Assembly: GCA_963921275.4 (NCBI GenBank)
Contig: OZ001293.3
Coordinates: 6,144,001 to 6,208,000 of the forward strand
Length of the DNA stretch: 64,000 nt
Direction of reading: 5' to 3'
From: an uncultured Hormoscilla sp.
Lineage (GTDB): Bacteria; Cyanobacteriota; Cyanobacteriia; Cyanobacteriales; Desertifilaceae
The notes beneath the pieces are model-generated. The model saw only the letters and a program-made list of their open reading frames with translations. It was not told where the DNA came from and searched no databases. This document shows, piece after piece, positions 53,997 to 64,000 of this stretch; positions within the stretch are counted from its first letter, which is position 1, and every line of letters starts with the position of its first letter. The position numbers and the translations under genes were made by a program.

Positions 53997-56370
53997 GTTA
54001 AACTAAGCCAGGGTGTTACCACCCCAAGGAGTCTTCAGAACCGGACGATCTGCTTTTCACCTCAGGAGGCTCCTCAACAATGCCACCCAAGTCATGGGTA
54101 CGACTCCTACCACTACCATCTCTGGTCGTCTTCTGATCGTGACAATGCTTATGCAGCAACTGTAGGTTATTATATTGATCCGACCCACCTAATGAAAGTG
54201 GTTTAATATGGTCAACTTCCCACTTGTCACTATTTGTGAACGTTAGTCCTAATTCTCGGCAGTTACCTTTCTGCATCTTCATGAGCTTCGCAACTCGTGT
54301 TCCCACATCTGGGCTCTTACCGAGTCTTGTACTCCAGTAAACGAGCTCACCGTTATATGGGCTTACATCACCTTTTACTTTGACATGTCTTACTATCTCT
54401 ACACTACTGTGCTTCAACAGCTCAACTTCCTTACTTTCATCTTTCGATCTGAACAGCCATTGACCATCCTTGTCTATTGACCAGTCATTCTTGGCCATCC
54501 ATTCTCCAGACTTATTCGGGTGTCGTCTTTTCGCCCATCTCCACAAAACCTTCCACAAGTAATCGTCCAGATCACTATACGTTTCCTTGCTCACTCCTGT
54601 TCTGAAGTAATTAGCCCATCCACGTATCAGAGGATTCAGCTTCATTATCAGCTCCTCCTGAGACTTTCTGTCATCTATCTCTTTCTGATGACTTTCCTTG
54701 TGCTAAAGAACGGATTTCTCACTCGGCTTGATTAGTGTTTTGAATCCTAGGATCTTCCCTTTACACCTTCCAGACTTGTTCTTGACTACCTGATATTGTC
54801 TCACATTGAATCCCAGGAAATCAAATCCCGCGTCTTCTGCGTGTAACCTATGAGCAATCCTAGTCTTCTCAGGCTTAAGTTCAAGTCCTATTCCTCTCAG
54901 CCATTCAGCTATAACCTTCTGCGCCTTCTCCACCACTTCCCGACTTTTATGTATGACTACAAAGTCATGTATCTGACCACAGTCAACTCTGTCTTTTTTC
55001 GTTCAGGCACCAGAGTCATAACTTTTTCCTCTAGTCCATGCAGAGCAACGTTTGCCAGCAATGGTGAAATCACTCCTCCTTGTGGTGTACCTTCATTCGT
55101 TGCACACCAATTCCTCCCATCTATCACACCAGCAGTCAGCCAAGCGCGTATTTGTCTACGAAAGATAGATGAAGTATTCACTTTTGTCAACAGCGCTTCA
55201 TGGCCTATCTTATCGAAGCATTTAGCTATGTCAGCATCAAGAACCCATTTAGCTTTCTTGTTGATCGCTGAGCATATTGCTTCGATTGCATCATGACATC
55301 CTCGACCTGACCTAAATCCATAGGAATTACCTTCTTTCCTTAGCTTCCCATTCTGGTTCTAATGCCTGTTTCAGTAATCCCTGTAGTGCGCGGTCGTACA
55401 TCACCGGTATTCCCAATGGACGTAACTCTTTCCTACCTGGTTTAGGTATCCAAACCCTTCGAGTCGGCTTAACCTTCTTCCAAGTCTTAAGTTGTCCTAC
55501 CAGTTCGAGACGCTCGTTAGGTTTCAGCTCTTTTATACCGTCTACCCCAGCCGTCTTCTTTCCCTGGTTATCTTGTGTTACTCGTCGTACCGCTAGACAG
55601 TTGGCAGACCAAGACTTCACTAATAGCCTCTGGAGTTTGCGAACTTTCCGCTTATTACCTTCCTGAGTCGCTCTGTAAATCCGCTTTTGCAAAAGACTAA
55701 CCGCTCCAATTTTGGCCACGGTAGATCTTTCCATTCATACATCGGCTTTCCCGTGTTCATAACGTTTTCACTGCTACAAGTAGCTTCACATTTGACATCA
55801 TTGTGAGGGCGTCAGCGTATCCATACCTATTACAGGTAGGCTTTTGCTTCTCCACGAAATCCTTCCCGGCTATGACCTGGCATATGTAACCAGATGTTGC
55901 GTCTTTGGTGACTACCAGATGTGATCGACCTCTAGATCTGGAGTACATAACCGGTTTACTTCGTTCCTACAGATGATTGATCATGACCTTAGATGGATTC
56001 TATGTACCGGGTTTATTGTCGGTGCTTGTTAGTCGGCCTACGATCCACTAACGACCTCTATCCTTTCCCTTTTGGGCCAGTGTTTCAGCCTTATTACACT
56101 GGTTGTGTGTGACGACACTGCAAATCTTCGCTTCATGCTCACCATAGTCACTTGCTCGACGTTAACCGATTTAGGCTATCAGTCATTGCGCCTTCTATTC
56201 CCGCTTTACGGATTGATGCCAAGTCGCTACCGTAGGGAATATGCTGTCACTCCTGCACCTGGAGGGGTGGACTTTCACCACCATCATCTGTAAGTTGTCG
56301 GCGACTATCGTCGCCTCTAGCGGTCCCCAAATTGACTTGTGTCAACTTGGGGACACTAAACGAATCGCAC
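53997..56370 (-). mobile_element. Group II intron with disrupted RT/maturase/HNH ORF
   Basis: 5' GTGCGATTCG at 56370; domain V GAGCCTCCTGAGGTGAAAAG...CGGTTC; domain VI ending TTTAAC at 53997. Confidence 0.88.
54016..55760 (-). pseudogene. Group II intron reverse transcriptase/maturase, multiply frameshifted
   Basis: KTAGVDG, RPLGIP, GTPQGGVISPLLANV, FDFLGF, GWANYF, HNH DHIKP...LLHKHCH. Confidence 0.92.
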
Positions 56371-56487
56371 CGCAAGACCACACCCTTACCAGGCAGATCC
56401 TGGTAAGGAGTAACCCAGAGAATGTGAAATAGTGTAAACTGTCCGCAGAACCTCTAGCATATCACAATTATCAATTCCCAAAAAAGC

Positions 56488-57561
56488 ATGAAAGCATTAA
56501 TTCTATCAGGAGGAAAAGGAACTCGCTTGCGTCCACTCACCTATACGGGGGCCAAGCAGCTCGTTCCTGTTGCGAATAAGCCGATTTTGTGGTATGGTAT
56601 TGAAGGTATAGTGGCAACCGGAATTACGGATATTGGCATTATCATTAGTCCGGAAACGGGTGCAGAGGTGAAGGAGAAAACCGGACCAGGCGATCGCTTC
56701 GGGGCCCGGATAACTTATATCCTCCAGGAAGAACCTGCTGGTTTGGCCCACGCTGTTAAGGTGGCTCAACCCTTTTTAGGGGATTCTCTTTTTATCATGT
56801 ATCTGGGGGATAACTTGATTGAAAATGATATCAACCCCTTTTTACAGACTTTTCAACAACAAAGTCTGGATAGTTTGATTCTCTTGCATCAAGTACCTAA
56901 TCCTAGTGCTTTTGGTGTTGCTAAGGTGGACGATCGGGGACGGGTTTTGCAGCTGATCGAAAAACCGAAAGTGCCCCCTTCTAATTTAGCATTGGTGGGG
57001 ATTTACTTCTTTTCCAGCGCTATTCATGGGGCGATCGCCTCTATCAAACCCTCTGCTAGGGGGGAACTAGAAATTACTGATGCCATTCAAAAATTGATCG
57101 ATCGCTCGCAGCAAGTAGAATCATGTCAGATAGATGGTTGGTGGCTGGATACCGGCAAAAAAGACGATCTACTAGAAGCAAACCGGATTATTCTCGATAC
57201 CCGCTTAACTGCTGCTGTTAGGGGTGAGATTGATGACCGGAGTCAAGCGATCGGGAGAGTGGAAATTGGCGAGGGAACTAAAATAGTTAACTCTACTATT
57301 CGGGGCCCAGTGGCGATCGGGAGCAACTGCCAGATAGAAAATTGCTTTATCGGTCCTTATAGTAGTATAGCAGATGAAGTCAGGTTGCTGGACACAGATT
57401 TAGAGCATAGCGTGATTTTGCAGGGGGCTCAAATTGTGGGAATAGAACAGCGCATTGTTGATAGCGTCATCGGACAGCGAGCCCATTTGACCCTTGCCTC
57501 CCGACGCCCGAAAGCCCTAAGATTTATGATCGGGGATGACTGTCAAATTGCCCTCGTATGA
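56488..57561 (+). CDS. rfbA: Glucose-1-phosphate thymidylyltransferase (long form)
   Basis: GGKGTRLRPLT, KQLVPVANKP, RGELEITD, WLDTG. Confidence 0.92.
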   Translation: MKALILSGGKGTRLRPLTYTGAKQLVPVANKPILWYGIEGIVATGITDIGIIISPETGAEVKEKTGPGDRFGARITYILQEEPAGLAHAVKVAQPFLGDSLFIMYLGDNLIENDINPFLQTFQQQSLDSLILLHQVPNPSAFGVAKVDDRGRVLQLIEKPKVPPSNLALVGIYFFSSAIHGAIASIKPSARGELEITDAIQKLIDRSQQVESCQIDGWWLDTGKKDDLLEANRIILDTRLTAAVRGEIDDRSQAIGRVEIGEGTKIVNSTIRGPVAIGSNCQIENCFIGPYSSIADEVRLLDTDLEHSVILQGAQIVGIEQRIVDSVIGQRAHLTLASRRPKALRFMIGDDCQIALV

Positions 57562-57765
57562 TATGATGGGAATGGAAAAAGGAAAATTGACAAGGGATAT
57601 AAGCAGTCGCTCATTGAAAATGCATAGGTCGATAGATGATTAGACGATCGGGTTATGGATTAGTTTACAGGATGGTCGCGATCTAACTGGGTTATCCATT
57701 AAATACTTAAATCCGTTCGCGACATATCTTCCCGGGGTGCCGGGCGAAGCATTACGAACGGCTTT

Positions 57766-60700
57766 TTAGTTTCTAAGAGGCTGGAACTGACTGCTTTCTC
57801 TATGGGACTCGCTATGACTATCTATGCAAGCCTCGGCGTCCTCTTTACTCAAGGGCTTGGAGAAGAGATATCCCTGCCCTTGTTCGCAGTTTAACATCTT
57901 CAAATGTGCCAATTGCTCCGTTGTTTCTATCCCTTCGGCAATTACATCCATACCTAAAGTGTGGGCCAGGGTGACAATAGTTCTGACAATCTCGAAATGC
58001 TCGTCATCAGCATGCATCTGCATCACAAAAGAACGGTCAATTTTTAAGGTGTTCACCGGAAAACGGTGCAAATAACTCAAGGATGAGTAGCCCGTGCCAA
58101 AGTCATCCAAACTTAACTTAATATTCCTGGATCTCAGTTGCAACAGCATGTTTCTGGCATTCTGAGCATTTTCCATCAGCACCGTTTCGGTGATCTCTAG
58201 CTTCACAGCAGGACCAGATAGACCAGTTTCAGCCAGAATCAGGTCTATCTGGGGGATTAAATCCGGTTCTCGTAGCTGTTTGCCAGAAAGATTGACGCTG
58301 ATGGTCAATGGTGAGTGTTGCGGATATTGGATCTGCCAAGCCCGGAGTTGACGACAAGCCTCTCGCAACACCCACTGACCGATGGGTATAATTAACCCGG
58401 TTTCTTCGGCTACGGGAATGAACTTTCCTGGGGAGATAAAGCCTCGTTCCGGATGCTGCTAGCGAATCAATGCCTCGAAACCAGCTAACTTACCAGTTAC
58501 TAGGCAAACGATCTGCTGGTAATAAACTAAAAATTCCTGACGCTCGATCGCCCGTCGCAGATCGGGTTTCCAACTGCAAGCGGGCCACAACTTGTTGATG
58601 CATTTGGGTATCAAACAGGGCATAACGAGCCTTGCCCTGTTTCTTAGCACGATACATAGCCGTGTCAGCATCCCGCAGGATATATTCGGGTTGGTCGTAA
58701 CCTGTCGTACTCAAGGCAATGCCAATGCTAGTATTAGTGAAAACTTCATAACCCTGGAGATAGAAAGGTTCTGCAAGGTGCTTGTTGATCCTCTGGGCCA
58801 GGTCGATCGCCTCAGTTTTAGACTCGATATCTGCAAGCAAAATAGCGAACTCATCTCCTCCCAGTCGGGCGAGAGTATCAGTTGGGAGCATCTTTTGCAG
58901 GCGCTGGGCAAAGGCAATCAGCAATTGGTCTCCCACCATATGTCCGAGACACTATCGTTGACCACATTGAAGTCATCAATATCTAAGAAAAGTACGGCAA
59001 ACAAGTAGTCTCCACCTTGTTGATAACGCTGCAAAGCGATAGCGAGTCGGTTCACAAACAAAGTAAGGGATAGCAGGTTGGTGAGGGAGTCGTAAAAAGC
59101 ATTGTGGCGTAGTTGCTCCTCAGCCCGCAGGCGATCAGTGATATCTTCGGAAATACCGAGTAAATATTCGGGTTGACCGTTGCGATCCTAGAGGGGCACC
59201 TTGACAGTGTGGAGAAACCTGCGGCCCAAACTGTGAAAGTCGATCGGTTCTGCGGGAATATCCTCAGCAGTGCCCCGTGCAAAGGTTTGCAGGTCTTTTT
59301 GACGGAAAAAGTCTGCCTGTTCTTTGGGGAAAAAGTCGTAGTCGGTTTTGCCCAGCACTTGCCTTTGAAGTTAATCAAGAGCATGAGTTCGCAGGTTCTG
59401 TTCAACAGCTTAAATGTGCCAAATTGGTCTTTTTTCCCATCTTTGACAAAAACCGAGACTGGCAGATGATCGATAATCGTTTGCAAAAAGTTGCGAGTCT
59501 GGCGGATTTCTGTTTCGGCCCGCAGGCGATCGCTGATATCCAAAATTTGGGCAATACAATGAAGCGGCTCACCCCGAGCATCTCGGAGAACAGTCACATT
59601 GAGGATGGTATTCACCACTTTGCCATCCTTAGTAAGGTAGCGCTTTTCGATTTGAAAATGGGGTATAACTCCAAGCAACAACTTTTGGGTCATGACTTTG
59701 CTGATGCCTAGATCGTCGTATGGGGGTAATATCTATCCAACTGCGGGTCAGCAGTTCTTCAGCATTGTAGCCAAGAGTGTCGCATAAAGCCTGATTGACG
59801 CGGACGAACTTGCCATCAGGCGTGGCGATCGCCATTCCGATCGGGGCCATCTCAAAGATCAGCCGTAATTGCTCGGAACTTTTTCTTAACGCCTCGGAAG
59901 CTTCCTGGCGATCGGTAATATCGGTTTGGATACCGACAAAGTGGGTAAGATGTCCCTGGCCATTCCGGACTGGGGAAATGTTGAGTTCATTCCAAAAGGG
60001 GGTGCCATCTTTACGATAATTTCTGAGTCTGACATGGAATTCTCTGGCCTCTCGAATGGCCGCTCGCACCTGCTCCAGTTCTGGCTGGTCTCTGTCACCG
60101 GCCTGCAAGAAGCGACAGTTGCGACCGATAGCTTCTGCCGCACTATAGCCTGTGATCCGCTTCATTAGCAGGATTGACATAAATAACCTAAGTTGCGACC
60201 TATTAAAAAAAATATGAATTACCCACTTAGACTTTACAGATATTTGAGATATTTCGTAGCTTTTGATACAAAATTATATTTTTTTTGTGCTAGACGGCGG
60301 GTTGGCTGTTTATAGGTTATAATGTACTAAAATAATAGTTAATTGCTGGGGGATGTAGATGATGGAAGATATGATTACAACAATTTTTGTTCTTTGTGAC
60401 GAGCTACTAAAAGCGTTAAATATAAAAGAAGATCCACAAGTAAAAATGAACAATGCCGAAGTGATGACAGTCGGATTAGTTGCTGCATATTTTTTCGGAG
60501 GACACCACGATCGCTCTTGTCAATTTATGGTCCAACACAAGTATATAAAAAATCTGTTAAGTAAAAGTAGGTTCAATCGTCGATTACACAATATTGACGA
60601 ACCAATTTGGATGTTTTTCTTCCAAGTTATAGCTCAAACATTTAAAGAGCTCAATCCGGGTCAAGAATATATTCTTGATAGTTTCCCGGTGCCAGTATGT

Positions 60701-62088
60701 GATAATATTAGGATTGATAGATGCCAAATTTATAACAAGGAAGAATATCGAGGGTATATTGCCAGTAAAAAACGTTATTTTTATGGATTAAGAGTTCATA
60801 TGTTGGTAAACAAAAATGGAAAGCCAATAGAATTTTATCTAGATCCTGGTAGTTATAATGATGTTAAAGTTTTGCAATCTTTTGGCTTTGACTTACCATC
60901 AAATTCAATAGTTTATGGAGATAAAGCTTATAATGATTATCAATTAGAGGATTTACTAAAAGAGTCGTCAAGTATAATGTTAAAACCTTTGCGAAAAAAG
61001 AACTCAAAAAGAAAAGAATATTCTTGTTTTGAATATATACAAAAAGTAACAAAAAAACAAGTTGAAACCTGTTTTAGTCGAATCACAAATTTGTTTCCCA
61101 AGTCAATTCATGCTGTTACATCTAAGGGATTAGAGTTGAAAATAATTCTCTTTATCATAGCTTTTTGTATCCAATTTTTATAGGTCGCAACTTGAGTTAA
61201 ATAATGGGATTATCTGGGGCCGTGGCGTCGGTGATGATAATGCCGTTGGCATTGTGGGCGATCGCCCGTTCCATTAGGTGCAGGCGTTCGATGGACTGCT
61301 GGTGGGCAACTACTGTTGCCAGCAGCTGGGCGATCGCCTGCAAGAAATTAACCTCATCTGCGGTGAACTGCCGTTTTTTAGGACTGTGGGCACTCAAGAC
61401 ACCAAAGGGTTGTTCCCCGTAGGGAATGATGACGCTGATGCCACTTACCACTCGGTGATTGTGCAGCAGGGGCGTACCGCTGAACCTGGTTTCGACCCGC
61501 AGGTCTTCTACTATTACCGGCTGTAGGGAATGAAGAGTATAACCTGCTTGGGAATTTCTCACCCCTACCAGGCAACTGCCCGCCAGTCCTGGAAGCCAGC
61601 CAACGCCCGATCGCAAGAGAAATGCCTGACCGTTGGGTAACAGTTCCAGCACCTGAGAATACTCCACCTCCAGGGTTTGGGCCACCAGGGCAACAGCTTC
61701 TGACATCAGCAGGTCCAGGTTCGTAGCGGCCAGGGCCATTTGACCCAATTTAGCCACGGCTGCTTGTTGGCGGGCACGAGATTGCAGTTGAGTCTCTGCC
61801 CGCTTGCGGTCTGTTATTTCTTGTTGCAGTTGTCTATTGGCTTCTTCCAATTGGGCTGTCAGATCCGAGATTAGCTGTTCTTGGTTCAATCTGCCCGGAG
61901 TCGGCTTTGCTTGAGAGCGCCTATTGACAAGCTGCGGCCAGTACCAGATTACTACAGAAAGTAAAATCCATCCTACCAGGTATCCCACTTCTACCACGAC
62001 GGTTCGATCGGCTTTGCTGAAAAATGTAGAGACATCTGATATCTGACCTAGCGAGACAAGAGCAATTTTCTCAGGCAAAAAGCTGCAC
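57766..62088 (-). pseudogene. GAF-LOV-PAS-PAS-GGDEF-EAL signalling protein, shattered
   Basis: GAF in 61197..62114, GRNCRFLQ LOV in 59629..60180, PAS pieces, RLGGDEF, FEALIR*, DDFGTGYSS; IS982 insertion plus several frameshifts and stops. Confidence 0.9.
60186..61197 (+). mobile_element. IS982-family element, copy 2 (complete, 1012 bp; transposase 60359..61183)
   Basis: IRL ACCTAAGTTGCGACCTA, IRR TAGGTCGCAACTTGAGT; 6-bp TSD TAAATA. Confidence 0.92.
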
Positions 62089-63955
62089 GTTAACCTAAGC
62101 GCCCATGTTGCCATGACCGCTCGGCTCCAAAACCGTACATGAGAGTTTCCAATTTATACGGCTCCGAGCGTAATACTATCCTGGTTTTGGATACTGCTCC
62201 CGGATTTGACGGGTTCCCGCGATGTACTATGGTCGAGATCAACATGCTTAGGTGCGGAGGCAAGTGGCTTTCATTATTTGACTGGCAGCTCTGTAACTTC
62301 AGTTATGTACTTTTGCAGGTTCACACTCATGCCTCGGTCAAAATGCCGGGTTCATAGTGTATTAGTGTTACTCAAGACGTTACTTTGACATTACCGTGCT
62401 GGCGTCTGCATATCCCGCGCATTACTACGGGCTTTGGCTTTTCTAGCAATCTTTCTATCTATGACTTACTGTTCGGTAGATGCGTCTTTGGTGATCTGCT
62501 GGGGAGGGTACCTGAATGGGTTACAACGTTGCCGATGACTGATTTGTTTGTGACCTTAGATGGATACTGTACGCTGGGTTTATTGTCAGTGCTTATTGGT
62601 CGGGGGCTCAACCGCCAATGACCATTATCCTTATCCTTTTGGACGTTGGGCATGAGGCCTTTTCCCAATTCTCTGTTCACGACGTTTGCATGTCTTCTGC
62701 TCATCATGGCCACTCGCTCGACGTACACAGTTTAGGTTACCAGTAAGAACGCTTTTCATCCTTGCTTTACGGATTGTTGCGATCGCTACCGTAGGGGAAG
62801 TGCTTTCACTCCTGCACCTGGAGGGGTGGACTTGATTACTCTCACCACCATCAATTACCAGTTGTCAGGTTCTGATTTCTCGGTTCCTGCGGTCCATCCT
62901 CTCTACTAACTCAAGTTGCGACCTATAAAAATTGGATACAAAAAGCTATGATAAAGAGAATTATTTTCAACTCTAATCCCTTAGATGTAACAGCATGAAT
63001 TGACTTGGGAAACAAATTTGTGATTCGACTAAAACAGGTTTTAACTTGTTTTCTTGTTACTTTTTGTATATATTCAAAACAAGAATATTCTTTTCTTTTT
63101 GAGTTCTTTTTTCGCAAAGGTTTTAACATTATACTTGACGACTCTTTTAGTAAATCCTCTAATTGATAATCATTATAAGCTTTATCTCCATAAACTATTG
63201 AATTTGATGGTAAGTCAAAGCCAAAAGATTGCAAAACTTTAACATCATTATAACTACCAGTATCTAGATAAAATTCTATTGGCTTTCCATTTTTGTTTAC
63301 CAACATATGAACTCTTAATTCATAAAAATAACGTTTTTTACTGGCAATATACCCTCGATATTCTTCCTTGTTATAAATTTGGCATCTATCAATCCTAATA
63401 TTATCACATACTGGCACCGGGAAACTATCAAGAATATATTCTTGACCCGGATTGAGCTCTTTAAATGTTTGAGCTATAACTTGGAAGAAAAACATCCAAA
63501 TTGGTTCGTCAATATTGTGTAATCGACGATTGAACCTACTTTTACTTAACAGATTTTTTATATACTTGTGTTCGACCATAAATTGACAAGAGCGATCGTG
63601 GTGTCCTCCGAAAAAATATGCAGCAACTAATCCGACTGTCATCACTTCGGCATTGTTCATTTTTACTTGTGGCTCTTCTTTTATATTTAACGCTTTTAGT
63701 AGCTCGTCACAAAGAACAAAAATTGTTGTAATCATATCTTCCATCATCTACATCCCCCAGCAATTAACTATTATTTTAGTACATTATAACCTATAAACAG
63801 CCAACCCGCCGTCTAGCACAAAAAAAATATAATTTTGTATCAAAAGCTACGAAATATCCTAAATATCTGTAAAGTCTAAGTGGGTAATTCATATTTTTTT
63901 TAATAGGTCGCAACTTAGGTTACTAGCAGTGAGATTTCGGACTAACGAGTTGCAC
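62089..63955 (-). mobile_element. ORF-less group II intron interrupted by IS982
   Basis: 5' GTGCAACTCGTT; domain V GAGCCGTATAAATTGGAAACTCTCATGTACGGTTT; 3' end GGTTAAC. Shares CACTCCTGCACCTGGAGGGGTGGACTT with the other intron. Confidence 0.82.
62909..63920 (-). mobile_element. IS982-family element, copy 3 (complete; transposase 62923..63747)
   Basis: Same IRs as copy 2; 5-bp TSD TACTA. Confidence 0.92.
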
Positions 63956-64000
63956 AATCCCTTTCGGAGTGAGGATTTTACTTCGATGTCTTTGGGGTTT

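Noticed and set aside
54016..55760. RT as a retron, DGR or CRISPR-associated RT
   Set aside because: Maturase and HNH domains plus domain V/VI RNA identify an ordinary group II intron.
62459..62728. 89-aa ORF as an intron-encoded protein
   Set aside because: It lies in ribozyme sequence homologous to the non-coding part of the other intron and has no RT motifs.
60186..63920. Composite transposon formed by IS982 copies 2 and 3 (or 1 and 2)
   Set aside because: Copies 2 and 3 each have their own TSD, so the insertions were independent.

Overview
Cyanobacterial chromosomal DNA, judged from the dense HIP1 octamer GCGATCGC, heptamer tandem repeats and cyanobacterial-type pgi/hemA/glpX/Uma2 genes. 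The genome looks heavily eroded and rich in mobile DNA, which suggests a host-associated lineage (inference only). Intact housekeeping blocks are pgi, UPF0182, hemA, glpX, a sugar ABC operon, a NMT1-type ABC plus codA operon, a GT4 gene and rfbA. Between them lie: (i) an IS607 element whose TnpB carries the Fanzor-type rearranged RuvC; (ii) a 13-25 kb patchwork of pseudogene fragments, MITEs, a segmental duplication and three tandem promoter/hairpin units; (iii) an ~11.3 kb HIP1-poor, co-oriented biosynthetic cluster at 25.6-36.9 kb. That cluster has a divergent HemB homologue, aldo-keto reductase, ACP, FabH-like enzyme, nitroreductase, acyl-AMP ligase, pterin-binding protein, chorismate mutase-like protein, MoaD/ThiS, JAB protease, MenF and TrpE(G), and it is followed by Tn7-like end repeats. 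Also present: (iv) two group II introns (one with a broken RT, one ORF-less with an IS982 inside), three IS982 copies and a shattered GAF-LOV-PAS-GGDEF-EAL gene; (v) a family of tiny palindromic elements, one seen as an in-frame insertion against its empty site. No rRNA, tRNA or CRISPR array was recognised. All calls come from reading motifs by eye; no database searches were run.
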